Source: an uncultured bacterium (GTDB lineage: Bacteria > Actinomycetota > Acidimicrobiia > Spongiisociales > UBA5794). Taken from it: 64,000 nucleotides of DNA. The notes beneath the pieces are model-generated. The model was not told the origin of the DNA, made no database searches, and saw only the letters and a list, made by a program, of their open reading frames with translations. Location: contig CAWJPT010000003.1 in NCBI GenBank assembly GCA_963844835.1, forward strand, positions 17,543 to 81,542. The letters are read 5' to 3'. Shown piece after piece: positions 39,340 to 48,117 of the stretch. A program made the translations under genes and the position numbers. How positions within the stretch are numbered: the stretch's first letter is position 1; every line of letters begins with the position of its first letter.

Positions 39340-39513
39340 ATGAGTCACGACAGCGGGTTCCGGCGCGGTGATCACGACAGCACCCACCATCTGCGAGCCA
39401 GGCGCCAGATACATGACAAGGCGTCGGAGCAATTCGAGGAACGGCTGCGCCGCAGGCGCGACGAGAGCGAACGACTCCGCATCCTGATCGAGTCGAAGAA
39501 GTCCGATCAGTAG
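39340..39513 (+). CDS. Possible 57-aa charged helical protein (below the ORF-track size cutoff)
   Basis: My translation is MSHDSGFRRGDHDSTHHLRARRQIHDKASEQFEERLRRRRDESERLRILIESKKSDQ*. Third-codon positions are about 80 percent G/C by hand count. GAAAGG lies 9 nt upstream. Confidence 0.3.
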   Translation: MSHDSGFRRGDHDSTHHLRARRQIHDKASEQFEERLRRRRDESERLRILIESKKSDQ

Positions 39514-39589
39514 CTCTCGGCACTCCTGGCGTCAGAACCGGCTGACATCGACAGCCTCTCCCATCACCATGGGACCGCGACCCAGAGGT

Positions 39590-40354
39590 CTACTGCTGCT
39601 GCCGGCTGGCGCTTGTCTCTCTGAACCTGTGTGCGACCTCGATGTCGCCATCGACAACGACGTCGCTGATCGGTGCCCTGCCCCACATCCATAGGAACAC
39701 ACGATCCGGGTTGCCGCTGATGACAGCATCCGGGTTGACTGCGGCCTCGAGCATCGTGGTTCTCGACACGTGGTCGATGCCCTTCTTCGAGCCCACGTAC
39801 CTGCCGAGCCGCACCGTCCATGATTCGTTACCGACATCGACTCTGACAACGTCGTTTGAGGGCCGAAATTGTGCCCACGAGGGATGACCGGTGACGAAGA
39901 CGTCGAAAACCTCTCCTATGCCGTCCAGGGCCAAATCGTCGGCAACGGCGCTTTCGTAACCGTGGGCTTGCTCCACGTCGACACGGTGCACCACCGTCTC
40001 TTGCGCCATTCTGCGGAACCAGAACCCCATGGTCTTGTCGGGGCCGAACGTGTTGGCAGGTGCAGACGGCTCGGCAACGGAGAGCGCCTGATAGAGGCGA
40101 TCCGCCTGCAGACGGAACCACTCGAGCGGGTCGGCACCCTCGGGGATCGCCGGCCGCGGCGGCGCCGTCTCCACCCAACCACCGGTGATCAACTCGGTCT
40201 TGTGGCTGTAGACCTCAGCCGTGTGGACCACAACGTCGCGCACGGTCCACCCCGGACAACATAAGGCCTCAGCCTCATAGCCCTTCGCCGCCGCCGCGGC
40301 GAGTAGGTGGGAGTCGGCGTCGAAATGGGCGAGGTACGAATCAAACGGAAGCAT
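39590..40354 (-). CDS. Mycothiol-dependent maleylpyruvate-isomerase-family (DinB-fold) protein
   Basis: 254-aa ORF. The N-terminal CPGWTVRDVVVHTAEV motif is typical of the MDMPI_N/TIGR03083-type family. Confidence 0.75.
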   Translation of the reverse strand: MLPFDSYLAHFDADSHLLAAAAAKGYEAEALCCPGWTVRDVVVHTAEVYSHKTELITGGWVETAPPRPAIPEGADPLEWFRLQADRLYQALSVAEPSAPANTFGPDKTMGFWFRRMAQETVVHRVDVEQAHGYESAVADDLALDGIGEVFDVFVTGHPSWAQFRPSNDVVRVDVGNESWTVRLGRYVGSKKGIDHVSRTTMLEAAVNPDAVISGNPDRVFLWMWGRAPISDVVVDGDIEVAHRFRETSASRQQQ

Positions 40355-40527
40355 GGCCCGAGACTACCCCTCCGCGATCCTCCGAAACGACCGCAGATCC
40401 GGCAATAGGCAGAGAAAGACCTTGACACCGCCATGCATCTATGCAAGATTATGGCCAGGCCGTGACACCCCTTCGGGGGAGTTGCGGCGTTTCAATTTCA
40501 GGCCTTCGAGGAGAAAGGAGACACGAG

Positions 40528-40656
40528 ATGATCACCATCACCTTCACTGCTGATTCCAGCTACCGGCTCGTGTCTCCGCGTCTGCGCGGCTGCGGCACGG
40601 TTGGTGCCGGGCTCACCAGCACTGCTCCTCGGAACACCGGGGCGACGACCATCTAG
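40528..40656 (+). CDS. SD-led 42-codon micro-ORF (candidate leader peptide)
   Basis: GAGGAGAAAGGAG lies 8 nt before the ATG. Peptide MITITFTADSSYRLVSPRLRGCGTVGAGLTSTAPRNTGATTI*. About 76 percent G/C at third positions. It is followed ~35 nt later by an intrinsic terminator. Confidence 0.35.
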   Translation: MITITFTADSSYRLVSPRLRGCGTVGAGLTSTAPRNTGATTI

Positions 40657-40689
40657 GGATCGTCAACCCGCACATATCGTTCACGAGGA

Positions 40690-40715
40690 GCCGCCCGGGG
40701 GGCGGCTTTCTTCTT
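40690..40715 (+). terminator. Rho-independent terminator
   Basis: GCCGCCC-GGG-GGGCGGC stem-loop, immediately followed by TTTCTTCTT. Confidence 0.55.
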
Positions 40716-40734
40716 GCCCGCCCCTCGACACACC

Positions 40735-40786
40735 GGGGCGGACTCCGATTGGGGGATCTTCGAGGGTTCGATTCCTTCCCGCTCCA
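40735..40786 (+). other. tRNA-like minihelix: 7-bp acceptor stem with G3:U70, canonical T-arm and discriminator A, but no anticodon or D arms
   Basis: GGGGCGG (40735-41) pairs with CCGCTCC (40779-85). T-arm GAGGG-TTCGATT-CCTTC (40762-78). A at 40786. CCA is not encoded. Total 52 nt. Confidence 0.35.
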
Positions 40787-41312
40787 CGGCAACCAAGGGC
40801 ATCGAGATGTTCGGGGTTTCCACGACGGCAAAGCCGCCGGGACCTGCGGTCCCTGCACACATACACGGCCCATCGCAGCCCGCAGCTCCCGGCAGCTTCC
40901 GTCACCAGTGCCCACCCCTGGCACAAGAAATGAGAAAGGAGGGGACGGTGAAAGCACCGATCGACACGCATCAGCAATGCGATCGTGCGCCACAGCGTCG
41001 ATCCCGGGCGCAAGCCGCGCTGGGTCGAAGACGCCAGCGCTCGCCAGATCGCACGGATGAACGAAGCTGTCGCCACGATCCGGGTGAGATGACCGGTAGC
41101 CGACAGCACGACACCCTCCTCACGGGGAGAGCGGGAAAGGAGACAGGAAGATGATGCATGCTCACGAGCGCAGGCCCGATTTGGAGATCGCAGTGACCGG
41201 CTCCTGGCCCTGAGCCAGATCGGTCGCCCGATCAGATCGCTACTACCCGGCCCGTGGGCCGCACCGACACGATGCCGTCGGCCGCGGCCCGCGGGCGTGT
41301 AGCCTCAGACTC

Positions 41313-42141
41313 ATGAGTGATCTACCGGCCCCGAATTGGTATCCCGACCCCTCCGGCAAGCATGAGAAGCGCTATTGGGACGGAACGAGATGGACCGCCC
41401 GGGTGATGAATGGCTCCGCCGAGACCGAAGACACCGGTGCCGGCACCGGCGCCGATGTCCCCGTCGGTCAGCAATCGTCCGCCACAGTGCAGCGCCAGGT
41501 GGAAGTGCAAGCCGGATTGCCCATCGCCCCATCGGGAGGTGGGACGATATTCACCGAGCCGATCCTGGTGGTGAATCAGCGTGCGAAGCTGATCGAGGTC
41601 AACAGCGAGTACGCCATCTACGACCAGCTCGGCAATCAGATCGGCGCGATCCGCGAGGTGGGGCAGAGTGGCTTCAAGAAGGCACTGCGCTTTGTCACTG
41701 ATGTCGACAAGTTCCTCACCCACAAGTTCCAGATCGTGGACATGAAGGGCATATGTGCATCTCGCCATCACTCGCCCGGCGAAGTTCGTCAAGTCGCGCC
41801 TCGACATCACAGACGGGGCAGGGAGACTGATCGGGTCAATCGTCCAGAAGAACGTGTTCGGCAAGATCAACTTCGGGCTCGAGGTGAACAAATCCGAGAT
41901 CGGCGAGATCAAGGCCGAGAACTGGCGTGCCTGGAACTTCAGCATCCAGGACAGTTCCGGTTCCGAAGTCGCCAGGATCACCAAGACATGGGAAGGCCTT
42001 GCCAAGACCATGTTCACCACCGCAGACAACTACGTGCTCCAGATCCACCGCACCCTCGATGAGCCGCTGCGCTCGATGGTCATCGCCTCGGCTCTATCAG
42101 TCGACACAGCTCTCAAGCAGGACAGCCGCGGTCTGAGCTGA
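41313..42141 (+). CDS. Scramblase/LURP-one-like family protein with N-terminal DUF2510 motif; frame broken near 41750
   Basis: APNWYPDPSGKHEKRYWDGTRWT (DUF2510) plus LVVNQRAKLIEVNSEYAIYDQLGNQIGAIRE are in ORF 41313... The C-terminal half, NWRAWNFSIQDSSGSEVARITKTWEG...YVLQI, is in ORF 41755..42141. Confidence 0.65.
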
Positions 42142-42143
42142 GC

Positions 42144-42164
42144 TCCGGCTCAGCTCGAGCCGGA
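42144..42164. terminator. 8-bp hairpin between convergent genes (possible bidirectional terminator, no U-tract)
   Basis: TCCGGCTC-agctc-GAGCCGGA, between the scramblase stop (42141) and the beta-helix gene stop (42196). Confidence 0.3.
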
Positions 42165-42195
42165 TGGCAGCTGCCGTCGCTGAACAGGACCTCGA

Positions 42196-45106
42196 TCACG
42201 GTGGTTCCGGCGGTGATCGACGGGGGCAGCACGGCAACGCGCCCACGGACGTCGTCTCCCCGGACAGCCTGGGAAGACCGAGCAGATCGAGTGGGGCCAG
42301 CCGTGAGGTCAGGTTGACCACCCCCTGGCTGGTCAGCTCGGATGACTCCACGAGGCGGTAGTCGCCTGCGTCCCGATCGACAAAGTCGTAGCGAACATCG
42401 GCCGATTCGGCACCGTCGTCGAGGTAGTCGAATGGGTCGGGCTTCGGTACCTCCCGGTAGTTGGCGGTGAACATGTCTAGCTCACCCCAGTTACCCTTGT
42501 AGTCCTCGATGCCGCCCAGATAGTTGCCGAGCAACAGGTTGTTGAGATAGCTGCGCCGGAACGAGTGGAAATCCCAGGTCGGATAGTCCATGCGCTCGAT
42601 GTTCTCCGGGCCACCGGCACCCCAGGTGCCTACGTCGCCATACCAACCGGTCTCGGTGCTCCACTCCCCGTCGACCGTGTTGTTGACGATCCAGGTCTGA
42701 TCCGAGTCCCAGGTGAGGATGCCAGCCTTCCTCCAGGTCGGGCCGATCCGCAGGCCCGTGATCAGGTTGTTGGCAACCAGATTGGGGCCGGGGTTGGCCT
42801 CGATCCCGATGCCCCAGGCGTATGGGTCGGTGATGGTGTTGCTGTCGACCCTGACCCCGTAGTTGTCGCCCCGCAACGTTATGCCGGGACCGCCGTCGAC
42901 AATCGTGTTATACGCGATCGTGCCTGCCGTCATTCTCTCGAACTCGATGCCGGAGACATCGGCCACACGGTCATACCCTGCCCATCCGCTGTTGACCACC
43001 GTGTTGCTTGCGACGGTGACCGCAGTGCGTCCCGGAGCCCAGTCGTTCAGCGTGTTCTCGGTGAGCCGCTCGCTCATACCCTCGGCCCAGATTCCAATCG
43101 CACCTGAGTCGACGACCCAGTTGTTCGTGATCTCGATCGGGGCGACACCCATGTCACCCGAGACGGCGGCGCCGATCCCGGTGTGCTGGCTTCCCGAGAC
43201 GTAGTTGCCCTCGATGACGACGCCTTGCGCATACGCATCGTCTGCTCGCATCCTCGCCGCGGCGCCCTACCGCGATCAGCGCCTCACCTTCGTGCTGGCT
43301 GCCACCACGCACCTCGAACCCGTGCAACTCGACGAAGTCGCCGAGAATGGAGACAACTGGTCCGGAACGAGCTGCGATCTCGACACCGGCATCGTTTGGA
43401 TCGACGTCGTCGGGCAGGCGGACGAACACCGACGGATCGAAGGTAGAGGGTACAGGTCCCAACACGAGATACTCGGAGATGTAGTCGACGCCTTCGCCCG
43501 CAGGACGGCGCATCGAGCCCGGCTTCTCAGCAGAGGTGACGGCGTTGCCGACGACGTCGGGAACGCCAAACCGGAACACCGGTACTTGATCGGTGCCGGG
43601 GATGGTGGTGTCCCACTGGAAGACGAAGTGGTGCCAACCCTCCTCCATCATCAGCCCGTGCCATGTCTCGCCGTAGGCGCCGTTGCCGATCTCAGGATGA
43701 GCTAGATCTGCTTCACCGTTCTCGGTGGTGGCGAACACGTGCGAATCGAGCAGCTCCCCATCCAGCCATACCCGGTACTCGTACGGTTGGGCAGAGATCG
43801 CCTCCCCGGAAATGCCGGCCGAGCGAAAGGGACCGGATACCTGTGTGTCGAATCGCGACGTGTCGTGATACCAGTCGTAGTCGGTCGCTTCGTAGGGTCT
43901 CTGCACATACACCCAGGCAGATCCCCAGTAGACACCGCCGCCAAAGCTCTCGCCGAACTCGGAACCGAGATCGACGAATCCGCCGCTGTCGGCTTCCTCA
44001 CGCTCCCAGATGTACTGACTCGACCCGAAGTCGTAGATCGCCCCCTCCCGCACGTTGGAGCGGCCGTTGAAGCGAGGATCCGTGTAAGCATCCCCGCCAC
44101 CGCTGACCGCGTACTCTCCCCGCTCCAAAGTCCACGGTGCGTCACGCTCGACCAGCGATTGGCCGCTTGCGGTCAACGACCCCGAGAGATCTGTGAATGC
44201 GGAGGCCTCCCAGACTCCGTTGAGCCCTGCTACCTCGTGCAAGGCACCGGCCGGGAACGGATCGTCGCCCGTAATGACGGGCATCGAGCCAGACGCCCCA
44301 CGGATCCCCTCGATCGTGATCGGGGCATCCGGCGCGCCATCGATGTCGACGACCACGCTCTCCCGGTAGATGCCCGGATAGACATGGATCACCGAGCCGG
44401 GCACCGCCTTCTCCACCGCAGCGGAAATGGTGCGGAGAGGATGAGCGGCAGAGCCGTCGTTCTCATCGGACGCTTCCGGGTCTCGGTTATTGACTACCAG
44501 GTCAGGACCCGGGGTCACCGCGATCGGAGCGGGGCCCTCCTGCGCCCGGGCACTTGGTGGATCTTCGCCGTCAGGGGCTGTGTAGAAGTAGTAGTTGGTG
44601 AGCTCTGACTCTTGGTGACCGGTGAGCAGCAGAGCGATCTCATCGGGACGGTAGAGGTCGAGGCCCCTGATCCGGTCGAGCGGATAGTTGACCACCCACC
44701 AGCCGGCAGGATCCACGGTCAATCCTGTCTCCGGATCGTATGAGACGCTAACCGAGACCTCACGCAGGAGTCGCCGCTCGCCCTCACCGGTCACGATGAA
44801 CGGCTCGAGCGGCTCCAAGCCCGGCAGCAGCGCCGACGACGGGAGTGGCAGCGGGTCCACCGCTTTCAAGGCCTGCTGTGCCGACCAGGTGAGTGGAGGC
44901 GTATCCGGTTCATCCGGTGCGCTCATCGGGGGAACGGTGGTCGGCGTGGTTGCGGGCGCCATCGCCACCGCTTCGCCTGCGGCTACGAGATCGGCGGGGT
45001 ACACGTAGTCGTCGGTGGCTGCCGCAGGCGACTCGCCATCGGCACACGCAGCAAGCGCCAGCGACAACGCCAGCATCAGCGTCACAACGGTACGAGGAGC
45101 CTGCAA
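42196..45106 (-). CDS. Large secreted lipoprotein with DUF1565/right-handed parallel beta-helix (pectate-lyase-like) repeats; frame broken near 43255
   Basis: Signal plus lipobox LALAACADG. DENDGSAAHPLRTISAAVEKAVPGSVIHVYPGIYRE is the beta-helix entry motif. The C-terminal NxxVxxSG beta-helix repeats are in ORF 42196..43251. Confidence 0.7.
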
Positions 45107-45170
45107 CCGATCCTTCCTGGGTCAATCCAGGAGATCGGCTGATTTCAGGGGCTTCTTGAGGCCTACTTGG

Positions 45171-45438
45171 CTTCGCCAAGTAGGTTGGAGTATCGGCTTC
45201 GCCAAACTCCCGCCAAGGAAGAAACCCAGCTTCGCCAAGTAGGTTGGAGTATTGGCTTCGCCAAACTCCCGCCAAGGAAGAAACCCAGCTTCGCCAAGTA
45301 GGTTGGAGTATTGGCTTCGCCAAACTCCCGCCAAGGAAGAAACCCAGCTTCGCCAAGTACGTTGGAGTATTGGCTCCGCCAAACTCCCGCCAAGGAAGAA
45401 ACCCAGCTTCGCCAAGTACGTTGGAGTATTGGCTGCGC
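45171..45438. repeat. 59-bp tandem repeat, about 4.6 copies (MIRU/VNTR-like), intergenic
   Basis: Unit starts at 45171, 45230, 45289, 45348 and 45407. Unit sequence is CTTCGCCAAGTAGGTTGGAGTATTGGCTTCGCCAAACTCCCGCCAAGGAAGAAACCCAG. There are only 1-3 substitutions between copies. Each unit contains three TTGGCG (minus strand) submotifs. Confidence 0.9.
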
Positions 45439-45452
45439 CAGGTGGGTCTCAG

Positions 45453-46829
45453 TCAGATCGGTTCGAAGCGTGCGGTGAAGTGGCGGAGCCATGGGGCCTG
45501 TTCGACGATCCGGTAACCGCCTATGTCGGCGGCTCCCATGGCGACCTCGATGACCACCTCGGCGACGTAGTCGATGTGACTCTGCGTATAGGTGCGCCGC
45601 GGAATCGCCAGACGCACCAGCTCCATCGACGAAGGTTCCTCGGTACCGTCGGGTCGGGGCTTGCCGAACATCACAGACCCGATCTCGACGCCGCGCACTC
45701 CCCCGTTGCGATAGAGCTCAACGGCGAGAGCCTGAGCCGGGTACTGGGCCGGGGGCACATGGGGAAGCAGCGCCTTGGCATCGAGGTAGACCGCGTGTCC
45801 CCCTGCCGGTCGCACGATGGGCACGCCCGCCGCAAACACCTTCTCGGCCAGATACTCGGTGGAGCGGATGCGATAACGGAGGTAATTCTCCTCGAGGACC
45901 TCGTTGAGGCCGACGGCAATCGCCTCGAGGTCATACCCGGCAAGACCGCCGTATGTGGGGAATCCCTCGGTGAGGATGAGCAGGTTACGACATTTTGCTG
46001 CCAGCTCTCCATCATTGAGCGCCACGAAGCCACCGATGTTGGCCAGTCCGTCCTTCTTGGCCGACATCGTGCAACCGTCAGCCAGCGAGAACATCTCCCT
46101 GGCGATCTCACGCGGTGTCTTGTCGGCATACCCGTCCTCGCGGAGCTTGATGAACCAGGCGTTCTCGGCGAACCGGCAAGCGTCGAGGATGAGGGGGAGG
46201 CCATGCTCGTCACATACGTGCCGAACATCGCGCAGATTGGCCAGGGACACCGGCTGCCCACCACCGGAGTTGTTGGTCACGGTGACCATCACCATCGGGA
46301 TCCGGTCGGCGCCCACCTCGGCGATCGTCGCCTGCAGGGCGTCGATGTCCACATTCCCCTTGAACGGGAGCACCAACGATGGATCCCTACCCTCGGCCAC
46401 AACCAGGTCCCTGGCTTCCGCTCCCTGGTATTCGACGTTTGCTCTCGTGGTGTCGAAGTGGGTGTTGGAGGGGACCACATCCCCCTCCTTCACGGCCACC
46501 GAGAACAGGATCCGCTCGGCCGCCCTGCCCTGATGAGTGGGGATGACGTTCTCGAATCCGGTGATTTCCTTGACCGCCCTCTCGAACTTGTAGAACGAGC
46601 GGGCGCCCGCATACGACTCGTCGCCGAGCATCATCCCGGCCCACTGCTGTGCCGACATGGCGCCGGTGCCGCTGTCGGTGAGCAGGTCGATGATCACCTC
46701 ATCGGCGTTGAGCCCGAACAGGTTGTACCCGGCTCGACGCAGCGCCCGCTCCCGCTCTTCGTGCGACGGCAGATCGATCGCCTGAACACTCTTGATCCGG
46801 AACGGCTCGATGATGGTGCGGTGCGGCAT
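45453..46829 (-). CDS. Beta-eliminating lyase: tryptophanase / tyrosine phenol-lyase family (PLP)
   Basis: 458-aa ORF. EPFRIKSV, IDLLTDSGTGAMS, WAGMMLGDESYAG, PTHQGRAAE and the PLP-Lys block GCTMSAKKDGLANIGGF align with TnaA/TPL along the full length. Confidence 0.85.
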   Translation of the reverse strand: MPHRTIIEPFRIKSVQAIDLPSHEERERALRRAGYNLFGLNADEVIIDLLTDSGTGAMSAQQWAGMMLGDESYAGARSFYKFERAVKEITGFENVIPTHQGRAAERILFSVAVKEGDVVPSNTHFDTTRANVEYQGAEARDLVVAEGRDPSLVLPFKGNVDIDALQATIAEVGADRIPMVMVTVTNNSGGGQPVSLANLRDVRHVCDEHGLPLILDACRFAENAWFIKLREDGYADKTPREIAREMFSLADGCTMSAKKDGLANIGGFVALNDGELAAKCRNLLILTEGFPTYGGLAGYDLEAIAVGLNEVLEENYLRYRIRSTEYLAEKVFAAGVPIVRPAGGHAVYLDAKALLPHVPPAQYPAQALAVELYRNGGVRGVEIGSVMFGKPRPDGTEEPSSMELVRLAIPRRTYTQSHIDYVAEVVIEVAMGAADIGGYRIVEQAPWLRHFTARFEPI

Positions 46830-46888
46830 GGGGGCTCCTCGTGACGGCTACCTCGAAGTCTGCCACAAAGGCCGAGCGGCCGACTTGC

Positions 46889-48106
46889 ATGGACCATCGC
46901 TTCCCACCAGTATCCCCGCAGCGGTCGTTGGAGGAGCGGCGGCCGGCTACTGGAGGAGCAGTAGTGGAAACCCAGGCACCGGCTGTCGCGGCACGCGGCC
47001 GTGCGTTGCCCGGCTGGGCCCGGGCAGCTTTCGTTGTCGGGCTTCTCTATCTATTCCTCATCGGGGTAAAGCTGCTCGAGAACGGCATCGAGGGCCTCGG
47101 GTCGGGCTTCACCGATGCTTTGTTCCGTGGGGTCTCGAACCCCCTGGCGGGCCTGTTCGTCGGGATCCTGGCGACGGTGCTGGTGCAGTCCTCTTCGGTG
47201 ACGACATCGACCATCGTCGGGCTGGTAGGCACAGGGCTCATCTCGGTTGAGCACGCCGTACCGATGGTCATGGGAGCCAACATCGGCACCACCGTCACCA
47301 ATACGATCGTCTCGCTCGCCCACATGCGTAAGTCGGAGGAGTTCAAACGGGCGTTCACGGCCGCCACTATGCACGACTTCTTCAACCTCATCGCCGTCGC
47401 CCTGCTACTCCCTCTCGAAGTGACTACCCACGCCATTTCCACGGTCGCTCGCACGATCAGCGAGGCGATCGCAGGCGGCGTAGGTGGCGGCAGCTTCGAT
47501 AGCCCGATCAAAGGTGCTGTGACCTGGGGAGGGAAGCGGGTCGAGTGGATGCTCAGCTGGATCGGCAACGAGAAAGTCGCCTCGATCGTGGTCATCGTCG
47601 TCGGCGTCGCACTGATCTTCGTGACCCTCACTTTCATCACCAAGAACATGCGGGTGCTGGTGGCGGCACGCATCGAGAGATCACTCAATGCGGCCCTGTC
47701 GAGGAGCGGGACGATCGGCATCATCGTCGGCATGCTGGTGACGGTTGCGGTGCAGTCGTCGAGCATCACCACTTCGATCCTGATCCCGCTGGTTGCATCA
47801 GGCATCCTGCTCGTGCGCAACGCGTACCCGATAACGCTCGGCGCCAACCTCGGCACGACTGTGACCGCATTGCTGGCGGCCCTTGGGACTGGGGCGATCG
47901 ACGGGTTGACCATTGCGCTAACGCACACCGTGTTCAACCTGTTCGGCATCCTGCTCATCTATCCCTGGAAACCGGTCCGCTACATACCGGTCGCTATTGC
48001 AGAGAAACTGGCCGACGCTGCGTTGCGACGAAAGTCAATAGCTCTCGGCTACACGATTGTCATGTTCATCGTCATACCCCTGGTGGGTATCTTGATTCTC
48101 AGATAG
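46889..48106 (+). CDS. Na+/phosphate cotransporter family protein (NptA-like, two PF02690-type repeats)
   Basis: LFLIGVKLLENGIEGLG, SSSVTTSTIVGLV and the second repeat QSSSITTSILIPLV. The start is uncertain: the ORF opens at 46841, only 11 nt from the divergent lyase start, so ATG 46889 or a later GTG is more plausible. Confidence 0.75.
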   Translation: MDHRFPPVSPQRSLEERRPATGGAVVETQAPAVAARGRALPGWARAAFVVGLLYLFLIGVKLLENGIEGLGSGFTDALFRGVSNPLAGLFVGILATVLVQSSSVTTSTIVGLVGTGLISVEHAVPMVMGANIGTTVTNTIVSLAHMRKSEEFKRAFTAATMHDFFNLIAVALLLPLEVTTHAISTVARTISEAIAGGVGGGSFDSPIKGAVTWGGKRVEWMLSWIGNEKVASIVVIVVGVALIFVTLTFITKNMRVLVAARIERSLNAALSRSGTIGIIVGMLVTVAVQSSSITTSILIPLVASGILLVRNAYPITLGANLGTTVTALLAALGTGAIDGLTIALTHTVFNLFGILLIYPWKPVRYIPVAIAEKLADAALRRKSIALGYTIVMFIVIPLVGILILR

Positions 48107-48117
48107 GGGAGGTCCAC

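Noticed and set aside
40687-40786. Long-arm tRNA, or tRNA-Sec (99 nt from GGAGCCG to CCGCTCC)
   Set aside because: There is no UCA (or any credible) anticodon loop and no D-arm (the sequence after the acceptor is the T-tract of a terminator). The acceptor pairing has a C:C mismatch.
40467-40790. tmRNA (ssrA) gene ending in the T-arm/acceptor at 40762-40786
   Set aside because: No tag reading frame ending in ..ALAA/..LAA-stop appears in any frame. No pseudoknot-rich body of the usual ~350 nt is present. The only good 5' acceptor partner lies 20 nt before the T-arm. I report it only as a tRNA-like minihelix.
40400-45500. Integrated mobile element or genomic island anchored on the tRNA-like fragment
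   Set aside because: No integrase, excisionase, transposase or phage genes are present, and there is no second copy of the fragment within the window. Composition looks like the rest of the segment. This cannot be excluded without the whole genome, so it is mentioned only as one option.
45122-45516. CRISPR array, or protein-coding repeats (ORFs 45122..45415, 45163..45492, 45244..45516, 44910..45356) across the 59-bp repeat
   Set aside because: The units are directly contiguous with no unique spacers, so this is not a CRISPR array. The period of 59 is not a multiple of 3, and the same DNA gives ORFs in several frames and on both strands. That is the signature of a non-coding tandem repeat in GC-rich DNA.
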